A stretch of DNA of 64,000 nt from an uncultured bacterium (GCA_963722385.1 CAVRKK010000002.1:1056001-1120000), one strand, 5' to 3'. Shown: positions 30,735-39,973, counted from the stretch's first letter. Notes: generated from the sequence alone by a model not told the origin. Translations and numbers: made by a program.

Positions 30735-31880
30735 ATGAAAGAGAATATATTATTAAGTATAGCAACATATTTACTCATCAATGTATCAATGAGTGCTGGA
30801 GTATGTGCTCTCCAATCTTACGCTGTACCGCCTGCTAGCGGTGTTGGCGCAATTCCTTATTCAGCAGCATTTTCACCGTCAGGTTTTTATTTGGCTACTG
30901 CTAATTATAGCACGAATAATGTAACCATATTTACCGTAGAATCGGGAGAGACCTTGAATGGAGGTACATCATATGCTTTACCAGCAGGCTCAACGGATCC
31001 TCAGTCAGTAGCGTTCTCGCCTAATGGCTTATATCTCGCTACTGCTAACTTTAGCTCAAAGGATGTAACGATATTTCAGGTAGGAGCAGGGGGTATTCTG
31101 AATGGAGGAACATCTTATACTTTGCCTTCTGGTTCTCAGTATCCTAATTCAGTAGCATTTTCACCCAACGGTTTATATCTTGCTACCGCTAATGAATTAG
31201 ATGTAACTATATTCCAAGTAGGGGCAGGAGGCGCACTATCAGGAGCGATTTCTTATGTTTTACCAAGCGGTTCTATTGGACCCCATTTAGCAGCTTTCTC
31301 ACCTGATGGATCATATCTTGCTACTGCTAATAGCGTTTCAAATGACGTAACGATATTTCAAATAGGAGCTGGAGGGGTATTGTCAGGAGAAAAGTCTTAC
31401 GCATTACCAAGCGGTTCTACTAGTCCAGAGGCGGTAGCATTTTCACCTAATGGATTATACCTTGCTACTGCTAATTTTTTCTCAAGTGATGTAACAGTAT
31501 TTACTGTAGGATCAGGAGGAGCTTTGAGTGGAGGAACATCATATGCATTACCAGGTTCTACCACACCAACATCAATCACATTTTCACCTAATGGATTATA
31601 CCTTGCTACTCAAAGTGCAGGTTCAAATGGTGTCTCAAATGGTGTAACATTATTTCAAGTAGGAGGAGTGCTATCGGGAGAAGATTCTTGTGCTTTACCT
31701 TCCGGTTCTGATGAGCCTTTTTCGGTAACATTTTCACCAGATAGCTCTTATATAGCTACAGCTAATAATTCATATGATGTTACGATATTTAGTATGAATT
31801 GCACATGCTCTAATTCAGGTTTAAGCTCTAGCAACGCTGCAAGCCATTTGCAAAGTTTACTTATGTATGGTTTGGATTAA
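30735..31880 (+). CDS. Secreted beta-propeller repeat protein (lactonase-like fold)
   Basis: Seven ~46-aa repeats SY.LP.GS..P.SVAFSP.G.YLATAN...DVT.F; signal peptide. Confidence 0.88.
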   Translation: MKENILLSIATYLLINVSMSAGVCALQSYAVPPASGVGAIPYSAAFSPSGFYLATANYSTNNVTIFTVESGETLNGGTSYALPAGSTDPQSVAFSPNGLYLATANFSSKDVTIFQVGAGGILNGGTSYTLPSGSQYPNSVAFSPNGLYLATANELDVTIFQVGAGGALSGAISYVLPSGSIGPHLAAFSPDGSYLATANSVSNDVTIFQIGAGGVLSGEKSYALPSGSTSPEAVAFSPNGLYLATANFFSSDVTVFTVGSGGALSGGTSYALPGSTTPTSITFSPNGLYLATQSAGSNGVSNGVTLFQVGGVLSGEDSCALPSGSDEPFSVTFSPDSSYIATANNSYDVTIFSMNCTCSNSGLSSSNAASHLQSLLMYGLD

Positions 31881-31999
31881 TAATGTATTAAGAATTAAGA
31901 TATAGTTGATATTAGTCTGAAGGCAGGTATAAGAATATTCATATTTGCCTTTTTATTATTTGTTAAAACTGTTTCTTAAAATACAGAGGCGCCGTTCGT

Positions 32000-32030
32000 A
32001 AAGTCACTAACATCAACAGGAAGTTTCTTC
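32000..32030 (-). repeat. Remnant of an AAA-ATPase gene start (KKLPVDVSDF)
   Basis: 21 bp AAAGTCACTAACATCAACAGG identical to 41610-41630. Confidence 0.75.
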
Positions 32031-32268
32031 CTATAGGCATTGAAAACTACTTGCTATCAATCTTAGAACATGTATCAGCTGCAATGCAACCTCAATCAAT
32101 TTTGTATATTATTGAATCAATATTTGATTATTGTGATAATGAGAGAGAAATGGCTAGTGCGGATATGCAAATGCTTAAGTACAGTCCCGAACTGGCAATG
32201 CATATTGACCAGGAAAAATTTATTACTTCAGAATCTGATCTTGAAATCGAATTAAGAATGGCAACTGT

Positions 32269-32472
32269 TCAAAGGTTCATAAGGGCAACAAGGTCATGTG
32301 TCTTCTTAAGTGCTTGGTGTTTATAAACCAAAAAGGCTTTGAATGCCTTTTCTGCGCATTGTTGAGTATGAAACAAAATAGGACCAACAATAACTTCCGA
32401 AGATGAAGCAATAATTTTAGCAATCCTTAGGTCTTGCTCAGCAAATTCAAGCCATTCTTTATGCTTTTGCAT
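32269..32472 (-). pseudogene. HEPN-domain protein, 3'-truncated
   Basis: EWLEFAEQDL..A, FHTQQCAEKAFKAFL, KTHDL..L, then a stop at 67 aa. Confidence 0.82.
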
Positions 32473-32605
32473 AAATACGCTTGCCTTTCCGTTTAATTTT
32501 GTAGTGAAGAGTGCTTAAATTTTCGGAATCCTCTTCAAATTCCTCTTTGCTCAGTATAAGCAAATCTTTAGACAAGGGAAGATCCATAAGGGCTTGGTGG
32601 CCTTG
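32459..32605 (-). pseudogene. MNT (minimal nucleotidyltransferase) C-terminal fragment
   Basis: Manual translation ...ALMDLPLSKDLLILSKEEFEE...LHYKIKRKGKRIYAKA*, overlapping the HEPN start; 5' part missing. Confidence 0.75.
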
Positions 32606-32615
32606 AAAGAAGCAA

Positions 32616-33863
32616 ATGAATAAGAATTCATTCTTAACATTTATACTCGCTATAGCTTTTTTGTTTACGTTGCCGCTAAAGCCAGGATTGGATGAGAACC
32701 AAGACGACGGTTTTCCTTATTGGACATTAGTGCAGACAGACAAAGGCGATAAGAAACTTTGCTTTTTAAAAATGAGTGATAAGCTGATTTCCCTGGTTGA
32801 TGGCAGCTGTGCCCCAGCCGAGGTTATTAAGGCAGAGATATCTGAAGAGATTCGAGATTTATATGCTGTGTATATAGAAGATGAAGTTCTTCTTTGTGGA
32901 GGAGCTACACGGTTCTTTGTAATTGAGAAAAACAATTGGGTCAAAGCTATTGATCTGCGCGATGGTGATCATTTAGTCAGTAATAAAGATAATAAGCCAC
33001 AGCAGGTTGTGTGTAAAGGATGCCAAATAACATGCGTAGGGCATCTGCTTTATAGGATGCAGATTGATAACCCTACCCATTGCTACTTTGTTGGTGAAAA
33101 CGCTGTTTTGGTTCATAACTATCTTCCTGCGGTTATTTTTAACGCAACTGTGGCATTTGGTGAAGGTGCTGCCGCAGGAGGCTCTAGTGGTAGCTACTTT
33201 GGTCCTTTAGGTATTAGTGTTGGCGTCATATTTGGTGGCATTCTCGGTCTAGGTATAGGCAAGTGGTGCTCAGATTCAGATCATCGAGCGAGAGAAGATG
33301 AGTATCTTCGAGATTCTGATAAACTCAACTTTGAATCTTTCCAAGCAAAGTATAAAGGTGCCTCGGTTGGTGCAAAACGGTGTAAATATGATGTTAGGCT
33401 AGGCATGGTATGCGATTTGCCGCAGGAAGATAGTTCTACATCCTGGTATGAGAACCCTGAAGCTTCGAGCAAATCAAAGCAGCCGAAAGAAGATTTGAAG
33501 CATCAAGCGAGTGCTGCTACTGGTGGACCTGATGATCCCAAAGATCCTCAAAATAGGCAAAGCCAAAGCACTACAGCAAAGCCGCCGAAGGACGATGGAA
33601 ACGAGAGTATTGAGAGCATTAAAAGAGGTATAAGAAGTTCCGAAAAAAGAATCAAGGAACACGAAGAAAAGCTTGAAAAATATAAGAAGAATCCTGATGC
33701 AGAAGATCATCTGGGAAAACTGAAAAAAGCACGAAATTCTCAAGAAAGACAAAGCATAATTGATACTAAAATAAAGAAAATAGAAACAGAACTTAGAACC
33801 TTCAGAAACAATATAGAGAAAGACAAAATAAGGTTGCGCAAAAGAGGCGTAGAATGGAGCTAA
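32616..33863 (+). CDS. Polymorphic toxin 1: signal peptide + Hint domain + Gly-rich hydrophobic segment + helical C-terminal tip
   Basis: GFPYWTLVQT...WVKAIDLRDGDHL...THCYFVGENAVLVHN Hint signature (aa ~32-168); tip IRSSEKRIKEHEEKLEKYKKNPDAED. Confidence 0.85.
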   Translation: MNKNSFLTFILAIAFLFTLPLKPGLDENQDDGFPYWTLVQTDKGDKKLCFLKMSDKLISLVDGSCAPAEVIKAEISEEIRDLYAVYIEDEVLLCGGATRFFVIEKNNWVKAIDLRDGDHLVSNKDNKPQQVVCKGCQITCVGHLLYRMQIDNPTHCYFVGENAVLVHNYLPAVIFNATVAFGEGAAAGGSSGSYFGPLGISVGVIFGGILGLGIGKWCSDSDHRAREDEYLRDSDKLNFESFQAKYKGASVGAKRCKYDVRLGMVCDLPQEDSSTSWYENPEASSKSKQPKEDLKHQASAATGGPDDPKDPQNRQSQSTTAKPPKDDGNESIESIKRGIRSSEKRIKEHEEKLEKYKKNPDAEDHLGKLKKARNSQERQSIIDTKIKKIETELRTFRNNIEKDKIRLRKRGVEWS

Positions 33864-34510
33864 CGGTTCAAGAGCTTAGTCAATCGTTTGATGTGGTAAT
33901 AAGTTATTTTGATAAACAAAACATCAAAGACATTTCCTTCCCGAATGATGATTATTATCCTCAAGTATTACGTGAAGATTTAAACTTTAGTAATCCTAAT
34001 TTCTTAAGATGCCCTCAACGAGTAACAGGCTCCCTCTACGACGATTTGGTAATCTGGAAAAATACTCTGAATGAGGGTGAGGATGCGGTATATGGGGTAA
34101 GTGGAGTGCTTATAAGTAACTTTGGTGGTATTTTAAGAGCTTTCGGTCAAGTATCAGATAAACTTGATAATCCTTCTCCCATTAGAAATGTTGTGCCTCC
34201 GGGGTATCCCAAGGAGCCACCGCCCAAATTAACCATACATGAGCTTCAAAAAATCTTTAACCTCGTAGTAAGGTGGCTTAAAATGCGACATAATTCACCT
34301 GATATTTCTTTTGAAGACCCCCGCTACATTAAGATTGCCCTCAAGGATGAATATTTGGGTATGGAGTGCCCACCTTATACGATAGGCTCTTTAGATGATT
34401 GCATAAAAACCTGGAAAGAAATTTTGAACAATAAGGCTGAACCATCAGCGTTTGCCATTGAGCAGCTTGGTGATCTATTGATTGCTTTTGGTGAAGAAAT
34501 AGATAAATGA
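33854..34510 (+). CDS. Putative immunity protein 1 (two tandem ~105-aa domains)
   Basis: Overlaps the toxin stop; repeated L...EL..F...Y...GSL.D...WK..L...G.L.AFG pattern. Confidence 0.75.
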   Translation: MELTVQELSQSFDVVISYFDKQNIKDISFPNDDYYPQVLREDLNFSNPNFLRCPQRVTGSLYDDLVIWKNTLNEGEDAVYGVSGVLISNFGGILRAFGQVSDKLDNPSPIRNVVPPGYPKEPPPKLTIHELQKIFNLVVRWLKMRHNSPDISFEDPRYIKIALKDEYLGMECPPYTIGSLDDCIKTWKEILNNKAEPSAFAIEQLGDLLIAFGEEIDK

Positions 34511-35187
34511 AGTTAATTCTTGATGAGCTTGATAAAATATTTAATATAGTGATAAAGAATTTTAATCAACGGGGCATCAAAAAAATCTCTTTTTTTAGTG
34601 AGGATTATTACCCCTTAGTTAAGCGTCAAGATTTAGATTTTCTTGTTGATAAACCTCTATGCTTAAAAAAATATCCATCCTATGGGCTAGGCTCGTTGGA
34701 TTGGAATTTTGAAGTCTGGAAAGGTATGTTGAGTGATAAGGATGCTGTATGGGGAATGTCATCAGGAATCCAGATAGAAGATCTTGGTGGCATTTTGACA
34801 GCTTTTGGTCAAATATCAGATAAACTCAGTAATCCCGATCCTATTAAAAATATTCTACCTGAGGGATATCCCAAGGAAAAGCCACCAGTATTAACCATTT
34901 ATGAGTTGCAAAAAATCTTTGATCTTGTGATTAGGTTTTTAAAAATGGACCATTATTCAGAAATATCTTTTGAAGATCCTCGCTACATTAAGATTGCTCT
35001 CAAAAACGAATATTTAGGCATAGAGTGCCCTCCTTATACTATCGGTTCCTTAAATGATTGCATAAAAACATGGAAAGATATCCTAACTACGCATTCAGCA
35101 CCAACTGCACTTGCTATTGAGCAGCTTGGCGATTTGTTAACAGCTTTTGGTGAAGAAATCGGGCTGTCTCCAATTGGGAAAAGTTGA
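34507..35187 (+). CDS. Putative immunity protein 2, paralog of 33854-34510
   Basis: Near-identical C-terminal half ISFEDPRYIKIALK.EYLG.ECPPYTIGSL; ATGA coupling. Confidence 0.75.
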   Translation: MKLILDELDKIFNIVIKNFNQRGIKKISFFSEDYYPLVKRQDLDFLVDKPLCLKKYPSYGLGSLDWNFEVWKGMLSDKDAVWGMSSGIQIEDLGGILTAFGQISDKLSNPDPIKNILPEGYPKEKPPVLTIYELQKIFDLVIRFLKMDHYSEISFEDPRYIKIALKNEYLGIECPPYTIGSLNDCIKTWKDILTTHSAPTALAIEQLGDLLTAFGEEIGLSPIGKS

Positions 35188-35189
35188 CA

Positions 35190-35328
35190 GAAATCCTGAA
35201 GGCCTATGACAAGCTAACCAAGAAAGTACTTTCCCTTCCCTAGAATTGAAAAACTAATGACAGAAATTAAAAGCCATCGGGCTAGAGCAAAAGAATTTCA
35301 AGATATATTGTTGAAAAGAGGCAAGTAA
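35190..35328 (+). pseudogene. Orphan toxin C-terminal remnant
   Basis: ...RIEKLMTEIKSHRARAKEFQDILLKRGK* aligns with KIKKIETELRTFRNNIEKDKIRLRKRG of toxin 1; TAATG coupling to the next gene. Confidence 0.6.
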
Positions 35329-35969
35329 TGAAGTTAACGCTTCATGAACTTATCAAGATATTTGAAATAGTAATACAGTATTTCAATCAACAGGGTGTTA
35401 AAAAAATTTCTTTTGTTGCCGAAGATTATTACCCCCAAGTATTACGTAAAGATTTAGACTTCGATAATCCTGATTTCTTAAAATGTCCCCATTTTCTTCT
35501 AGGCTCTTTAGATTGGAACTTTGAGGTCTGGAAAGGCATTTTAAAGGAAAAGGAGGAAGGAGTATATGAAATATCTGGGGGGATTATAGATTATCTTGGG
35601 GGTATTTTAACTGCTTTTGGTCAAGTATCAGATAAACTTGATAATCCTACTTTTATTAAAAATATCCCATTTGAAGGACAACGACCTCAACTAACTCTAG
35701 ATGAGCTACAAAAAATATTCGATTTAACAATTCAAGCGATTAAGCGGTAGTATAATCCCGAGATATCTTTTGAAGATCCTCGCTACATTAAGGTTGCCCT
35801 TAAGGATGAATATATAGACATGGAGTGCCCTCCCTATACCATAGAGTCCTTAGATGACTGTATCAAAGCCTGGAAAGAAATTTTGAGCGGTAAGGCTGAA
35901 CCATCTGCGCTTGCCATCGAACAGCTCGGTGATCTATTGACTGCTTTTGGTGAAGAAATAGAGAGGTAA
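35328..35969 (+). pseudogene. Putative immunity protein 3 with an in-frame TAG at 35748-35750
   Basis: The frame continues YNPEISFEDPRYIKVALKDEY...AFGEEIER* to 35969. Confidence 0.8.
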
Positions 35970-36080
35970 ACAACTCCTCTCTAAAGTGGGAAGCTTTATA
36001 GTCAGCTAAAAAAACTGCTACATTCGGACAATCTACAGTGCGCGTTGGAGCATCGGCCGATACTCCAATTCTACGGATGT

Positions 36081-36144
36081 AAGGAAAATAGAAACAAGGT
36101 TTAGAACTTCAGAAACAATATAGAGAAAGACAAGATTAAGATTG
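36081..36144 (+). repeat. Degenerate copy of the toxin-1 3' end (33774-33835)
   Basis: GAAAATAGAAACA...TTAGAAC(C)TTCAGAAACAATATAGAGAAAGACAA shared. Confidence 0.85.
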
Positions 36145-36280
36145 TCGCAATTTTTTGATGCTAGAGCAAGTCGAAAAAGCCTTCACATAAAAGATAGATA
36201 TGGTAGTATCATAACTCCCAAAGATTGAAGAGTAGTGTAAGCAAGAGGACTGGACAAAACGCGCATAAAGAAAGAAGTCA

Positions 36281-37407
36281 ATGAATAAGAATTCATTCTT
36301 AACATTTTTTCTCGCTATAGCTTTTTTGTTTACGTTGTCGCTAAAGCCAGGATTGGATGAGAACCAAGACGACGGTTTTCCTTATTGGACACTGGTGCAG
36401 ACGGACAAAGGCGATAAGAAACTTTGCTTTTTAAAAATGAGTGATAAGCTGATCTCCCTGGTTGATGGCAGCTGTGCCCCAGCCGAGGTTATTAAGGCAG
36501 AGATATCTGAAGAGATACGAGATTTATATGCTGTGTATATAGAAGATGAAGTTCTTCTTTGTGGAGGAGCTACACGGTTCTTTGTAATTGAGAAAAACAA
36601 TTGGGTCAAAGCTGTTGATCTGCGCGATGGTGATCATTTAGTAAGCAATAAAGACAATAAGCCACAGCAGGTTGTATGTAGAGGATGCCAAGTAACCTGC
36701 ATAGGCATCTTCTGTATAGGATGCAGATTGATAACCCCACCCGTTGCTACTTTGTTGGTGAAAACGCTGTTTTGGTTCATAACCATCTTCCTGCCGTCAT
36801 TTTTAGCGCGAGTGTGGCATTCGGTGAAGGTGCCGTCGCGGGAGGCTCCAGTGGTAGCTACTTTGGTCCTGTCGGTATTAGTGTTGGTGTCTTATTTGGT
36901 GGCATTCTCGGTATAGGTATAGGTAAGTGGTGCTCAGATTCGGAAGGCCGAGCAAGAGAAGATGAATATTTAAGAGACTTGGATAACCTTGACATCGACT
37001 CCTTCAGAGCTAAGTACAAGGGTAGTGCTGGCTCACGTACTAACAAGCCTGAAAAACGCCCATGCGATCCTTTCAATCCAAGACCTGGGGATGATTGTTA
37101 TTATGTTGATGCACCCTATCACCATTTTAACAGTGTCGGCAATCAGTATGAGGGTAAAAGTAGGGCACCAAGAGATGGGCAGGAGGCTTTATGGAATTCT
37201 GTAAGGGTAAAAGCGAACAAGCCTCGCCGAGTAGGAATCAGCCAGGGAGAGTTTGTTGTTCTTGATTATACTTGTCATGATGGTAATGGAAATTGCCAAT
37301 TCCATGGTCATGTAAGAGAATGGGACGGGCTAGACCAAAATATGAAAAACGCGCTACAGGACAAAGGCTTGGTTAACAAAAGTGGGAAGATACTTAAAAA
37401 ATGGTAA
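36281..37407 (+). CDS. Polymorphic toxin 2 (frameshifted by one missing G at ~36704): same N-terminus as toxin 1, different RNase-like tip
   Basis: Near-identical DNA to 32616-33360; tip APRDGQEALWNSV...RRVGI..GEFVVLD...FHGHVREW. Confidence 0.82.
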
Positions 37408-38102
37408 GCGCGATTTTTCGCTTTAATTTTAATGAGCAACGATTCATCGAGTTTCTTTTTCGATGCACGTTGGATGAAATTTTTAGGTTTCAAGAAGTAA
37501 CTGTTACTTTTAAGGACGTATCTGACGCAAGTTATCTGCTTTATACTAATGATTTCATAATTGATGCTTTGATGGACTTATATAATGGCCTTAAGCGCGC
37601 TGTAGAGCATAACTTAGAGCTTGATACCTCTATTATTCCTAATTCTGAAAAGCACGATATTGGTTATCTATGGAGTATATATTGCCATAAACATTGTACA
37701 GATGACTTTGATCATAAAAACATTGAAAACTCAATTAATAAGGGGCTCACGGGAGAAAATCGTTTGATTTTTACTGGAACAGGTGAAGAGAGAAGATGGG
37801 TTGGGTTGCGTTACCATGTTTGGAGCTCTAATGAAGGCCTATGCGATACATGGCTATATAATAAAAACGGGTCAATTTTCTTAGAGGTCACTCCTTCCTA
37901 CAAATGGCATGCTATTGATCCAAAAGAAGGTGAAGAATTCTTCAGTTATAGTGATTTCATGAAAAATTATAAACCCTATGTTATAGCTCAACTGGACCAA
38001 CAAAATGCAGAGGAGTGGCTTAAACAGATTAACTGCCTTTTCGATATTATTAAGCGCAACGACCCAAAATATATAGGTTGCCCTCAAGAGAGAATGCCAT
38101 AA
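37401..38102 (+). CDS. Putative immunity protein for toxin 2
   Basis: Overlaps the toxin-2 stop; unrelated to immunity proteins 1-3. Confidence 0.7.
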   Translation: MVSAIFRFNFNEQRFIEFLFRCTLDEIFRFQEVTVTFKDVSDASYLLYTNDFIIDALMDLYNGLKRAVEHNLELDTSIIPNSEKHDIGYLWSIYCHKHCTDDFDHKNIENSINKGLTGENRLIFTGTGEERRWVGLRYHVWSSNEGLCDTWLYNKNGSIFLEVTPSYKWHAIDPKEGEEFFSYSDFMKNYKPYVIAQLDQQNAEEWLKQINCLFDIIKRNDPKYIGCPQERMP

Positions 38103-38121
38103 CATTCGTGCGGGCTAGACC

Positions 38122-38162
38122 AAAAAAAGCGGCAAGCTGTTTTATAGCTTGCCACTTTTTTT
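38122..38162 (+). terminator. Intrinsic (bidirectional-type) terminator closing the toxin locus
   Basis: AAAAAAAGCGGCAAGCT...AGCTTGCCACTTTTTTT. Confidence 0.75.
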
Positions 38163-38374
38163 GTTGAAGATTGGCCTATTAGTTAGGAAGTTAGCCAAAT
38201 TTTGGGCTGGACTCATCACATCTCGGTCGGTTGAGCATATTAACAAACGAAGTCTTAGAATGGCTTCCAGACATCAAGAAGCCAGAACAATTGAAAATTG
38301 GAAGCTCGACTTCCATATTTCAAGGTGATATTTAGTTGTTCATTCTAAAGCACTAAACCAATTGCGACAAATTT

Positions 38375-38605
38375 TCAACCTCTCATTTCAAACTTTTGCG
38401 CAAACTCACCCGTTGCAAGTGTTTCCAAACCATATGCAGTTATACCCTTTTCGAGTGGAAAAATCCTGTGGCCTGGATATAGAAGAGCTAAATGGTCAAG
38501 TTTAAGATCCTGTTGTGCGATATACATTGATTTAGTCACTTTTGGATGGTCAGTATATTTAAATTCAAAACCTAATCGCCTTCCTCCCTTAAGTAATAAC
38601 AAATA
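38375..38605 (-). pseudogene. C-terminal fragment of a DUF4143 ATPase
   Basis: LLLKGGRRLGFEFKYTDHPKVTKSM...DLKLDHL..LYPG. Confidence 0.7.
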
Positions 38606-38607
38606 TT

Positions 38608-39973
38608 GTGGTAAAGGGTACTGGGCACGATTTTCTTGGTAAGTCCAATGCTGGCCCACATTCACTACTGGTCTGGACGCATCTTATGCGCGACGTTACG
38701 ATATATGAAGCTTTTATTCCTGCCGGGGTGCCGACTTTAAAAATGGGCGTGCCTGCGGTAACTATTCAAGCTGGTGCGCGATGGGCTGACGTTTACCAGA
38801 AGGTGACGGTTGAAGGCCGACGCTATGTACAAGGTGGTGGCTGTACATCGGTAGGAGCTGCGGGAGGCTTTTTGCAGAGAGGCGGGTTTGGCAGTTTTTC
38901 AAGAAAGTACGGTCTTGCTGCAGCTAGTTTGCTTGAGGCAGAAGTTGTTATTGCAAACGGTGAAGTTCTTATTGCTAACGAATATCAGAATGCAGATCTT
39001 TTTTGGGCTCTTAAGGGTGGAGGCGGCGGCACCTTTGGTATTGTTTCCAAAGTTACTTTGCAAACGTATGAGCTGCCAAATTATTTTGGTGCTGTTGAGG
39101 GTACTATTACTGCCCGTACCGATGAAGCATTTGAATCTCTTATTAAATATTTTATAAACTTTTACTGTAAAAGTTTACATAATGAGCACTGGGGCGGCGA
39201 ACAGGTTATGATCAAACCTGATAATTCGCTTTCTCTATGTTTAGTATTTCAGGGATTAAGTAATGAAGAGGCTATAAAAGTTTGGCTGCCTTTTAAGAGC
39301 TGGCTAGAAGAACAGTCAGAGCTTTATACTTTTACTTTGGGTTCGATTGCTGTTCCTGCGCGTAAATTCTGGGACTATGATTATTGGATACAAAATTACC
39401 CCGATTCCATTAAGCTTCACCGGGAGGGAAAAAAGAATATGCTCTACTGGGCGGGAGACCAAAAACTATTTTTAGCCTACTGGTATACCATGAAATCCCG
39501 TTGGATTCCGCTATCATTTTTTTTCGCAAGATGAATCCAAAGCATGTGCAAAAATTTTATTTGAAGCTTCACGTTATTGTGGATTTAGGTTGCAGTTTAA
39601 TAAAGCTTTAGCGGGTGCCGAAACAGAAGCTGTGGAGCGGTCTCGAAATACTTCTATTAATCCAATAGTTTTTGATTCAGCGGCATTAATATTATTTGAA
39701 GAGTATAAAGAAAATATTTCCCCTGTAAAGTACGATGATGAAATAGATATTGAAAAAGCTCTAGAGCAAATTAGGAAGGCTGATGTTGCTTTCAAAATGA
39801 TTACTGATGCCACGCCAAACTCAGGAAGCTATTCGAACGAAGCAGATTATTTTCAAGAGTCGTGGCAGCACAATTTTTGGGGAAAATGCTATCCCCAATT
39901 ACTTAGGATCAAACAAAAATATGACCCAGAAGGGCTTTTTAAATGTCATCATTGTGTCGGAAGCGAAATATAA
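38608..39973 (+). pseudogene. FAD-binding oxidoreductase (berberine-bridge-enzyme-like), 5'-truncated and frameshifted
   Basis: Begins at VKGTGHDFLGKS; VGAAGG, DLFWALKGGGGGTFGIV; BBE tail YSNEAD...FWG..Y..L..IK.KYDP in a second frame after the T-run at ~39517-39524. Confidence 0.85.

Noticed and set aside
30800..31790. CRISPR-like or DGR-like repeats
   Set aside because: The repeats are codon-degenerate units of a beta-propeller ORF (also 56.4-58.4 kb); no cas or reverse transcriptase gene
32051..32326. 91-aa plus-strand ORF
   Set aside because: Protein-like, but it has no clear RBS or family motif and overlaps the HEPN remnant antisense; probably a fragment
32709..33119. Canonical self-splicing intein
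   Set aside because: No N-terminal Cys/Ser, no +1 nucleophile, and no interrupted host gene
35748..35750. Stop-codon recoding (TAG readthrough or alternative code)
   Set aside because: TAG, TGA and TAA all terminate other genes normally; a single nonsense mutation is simpler
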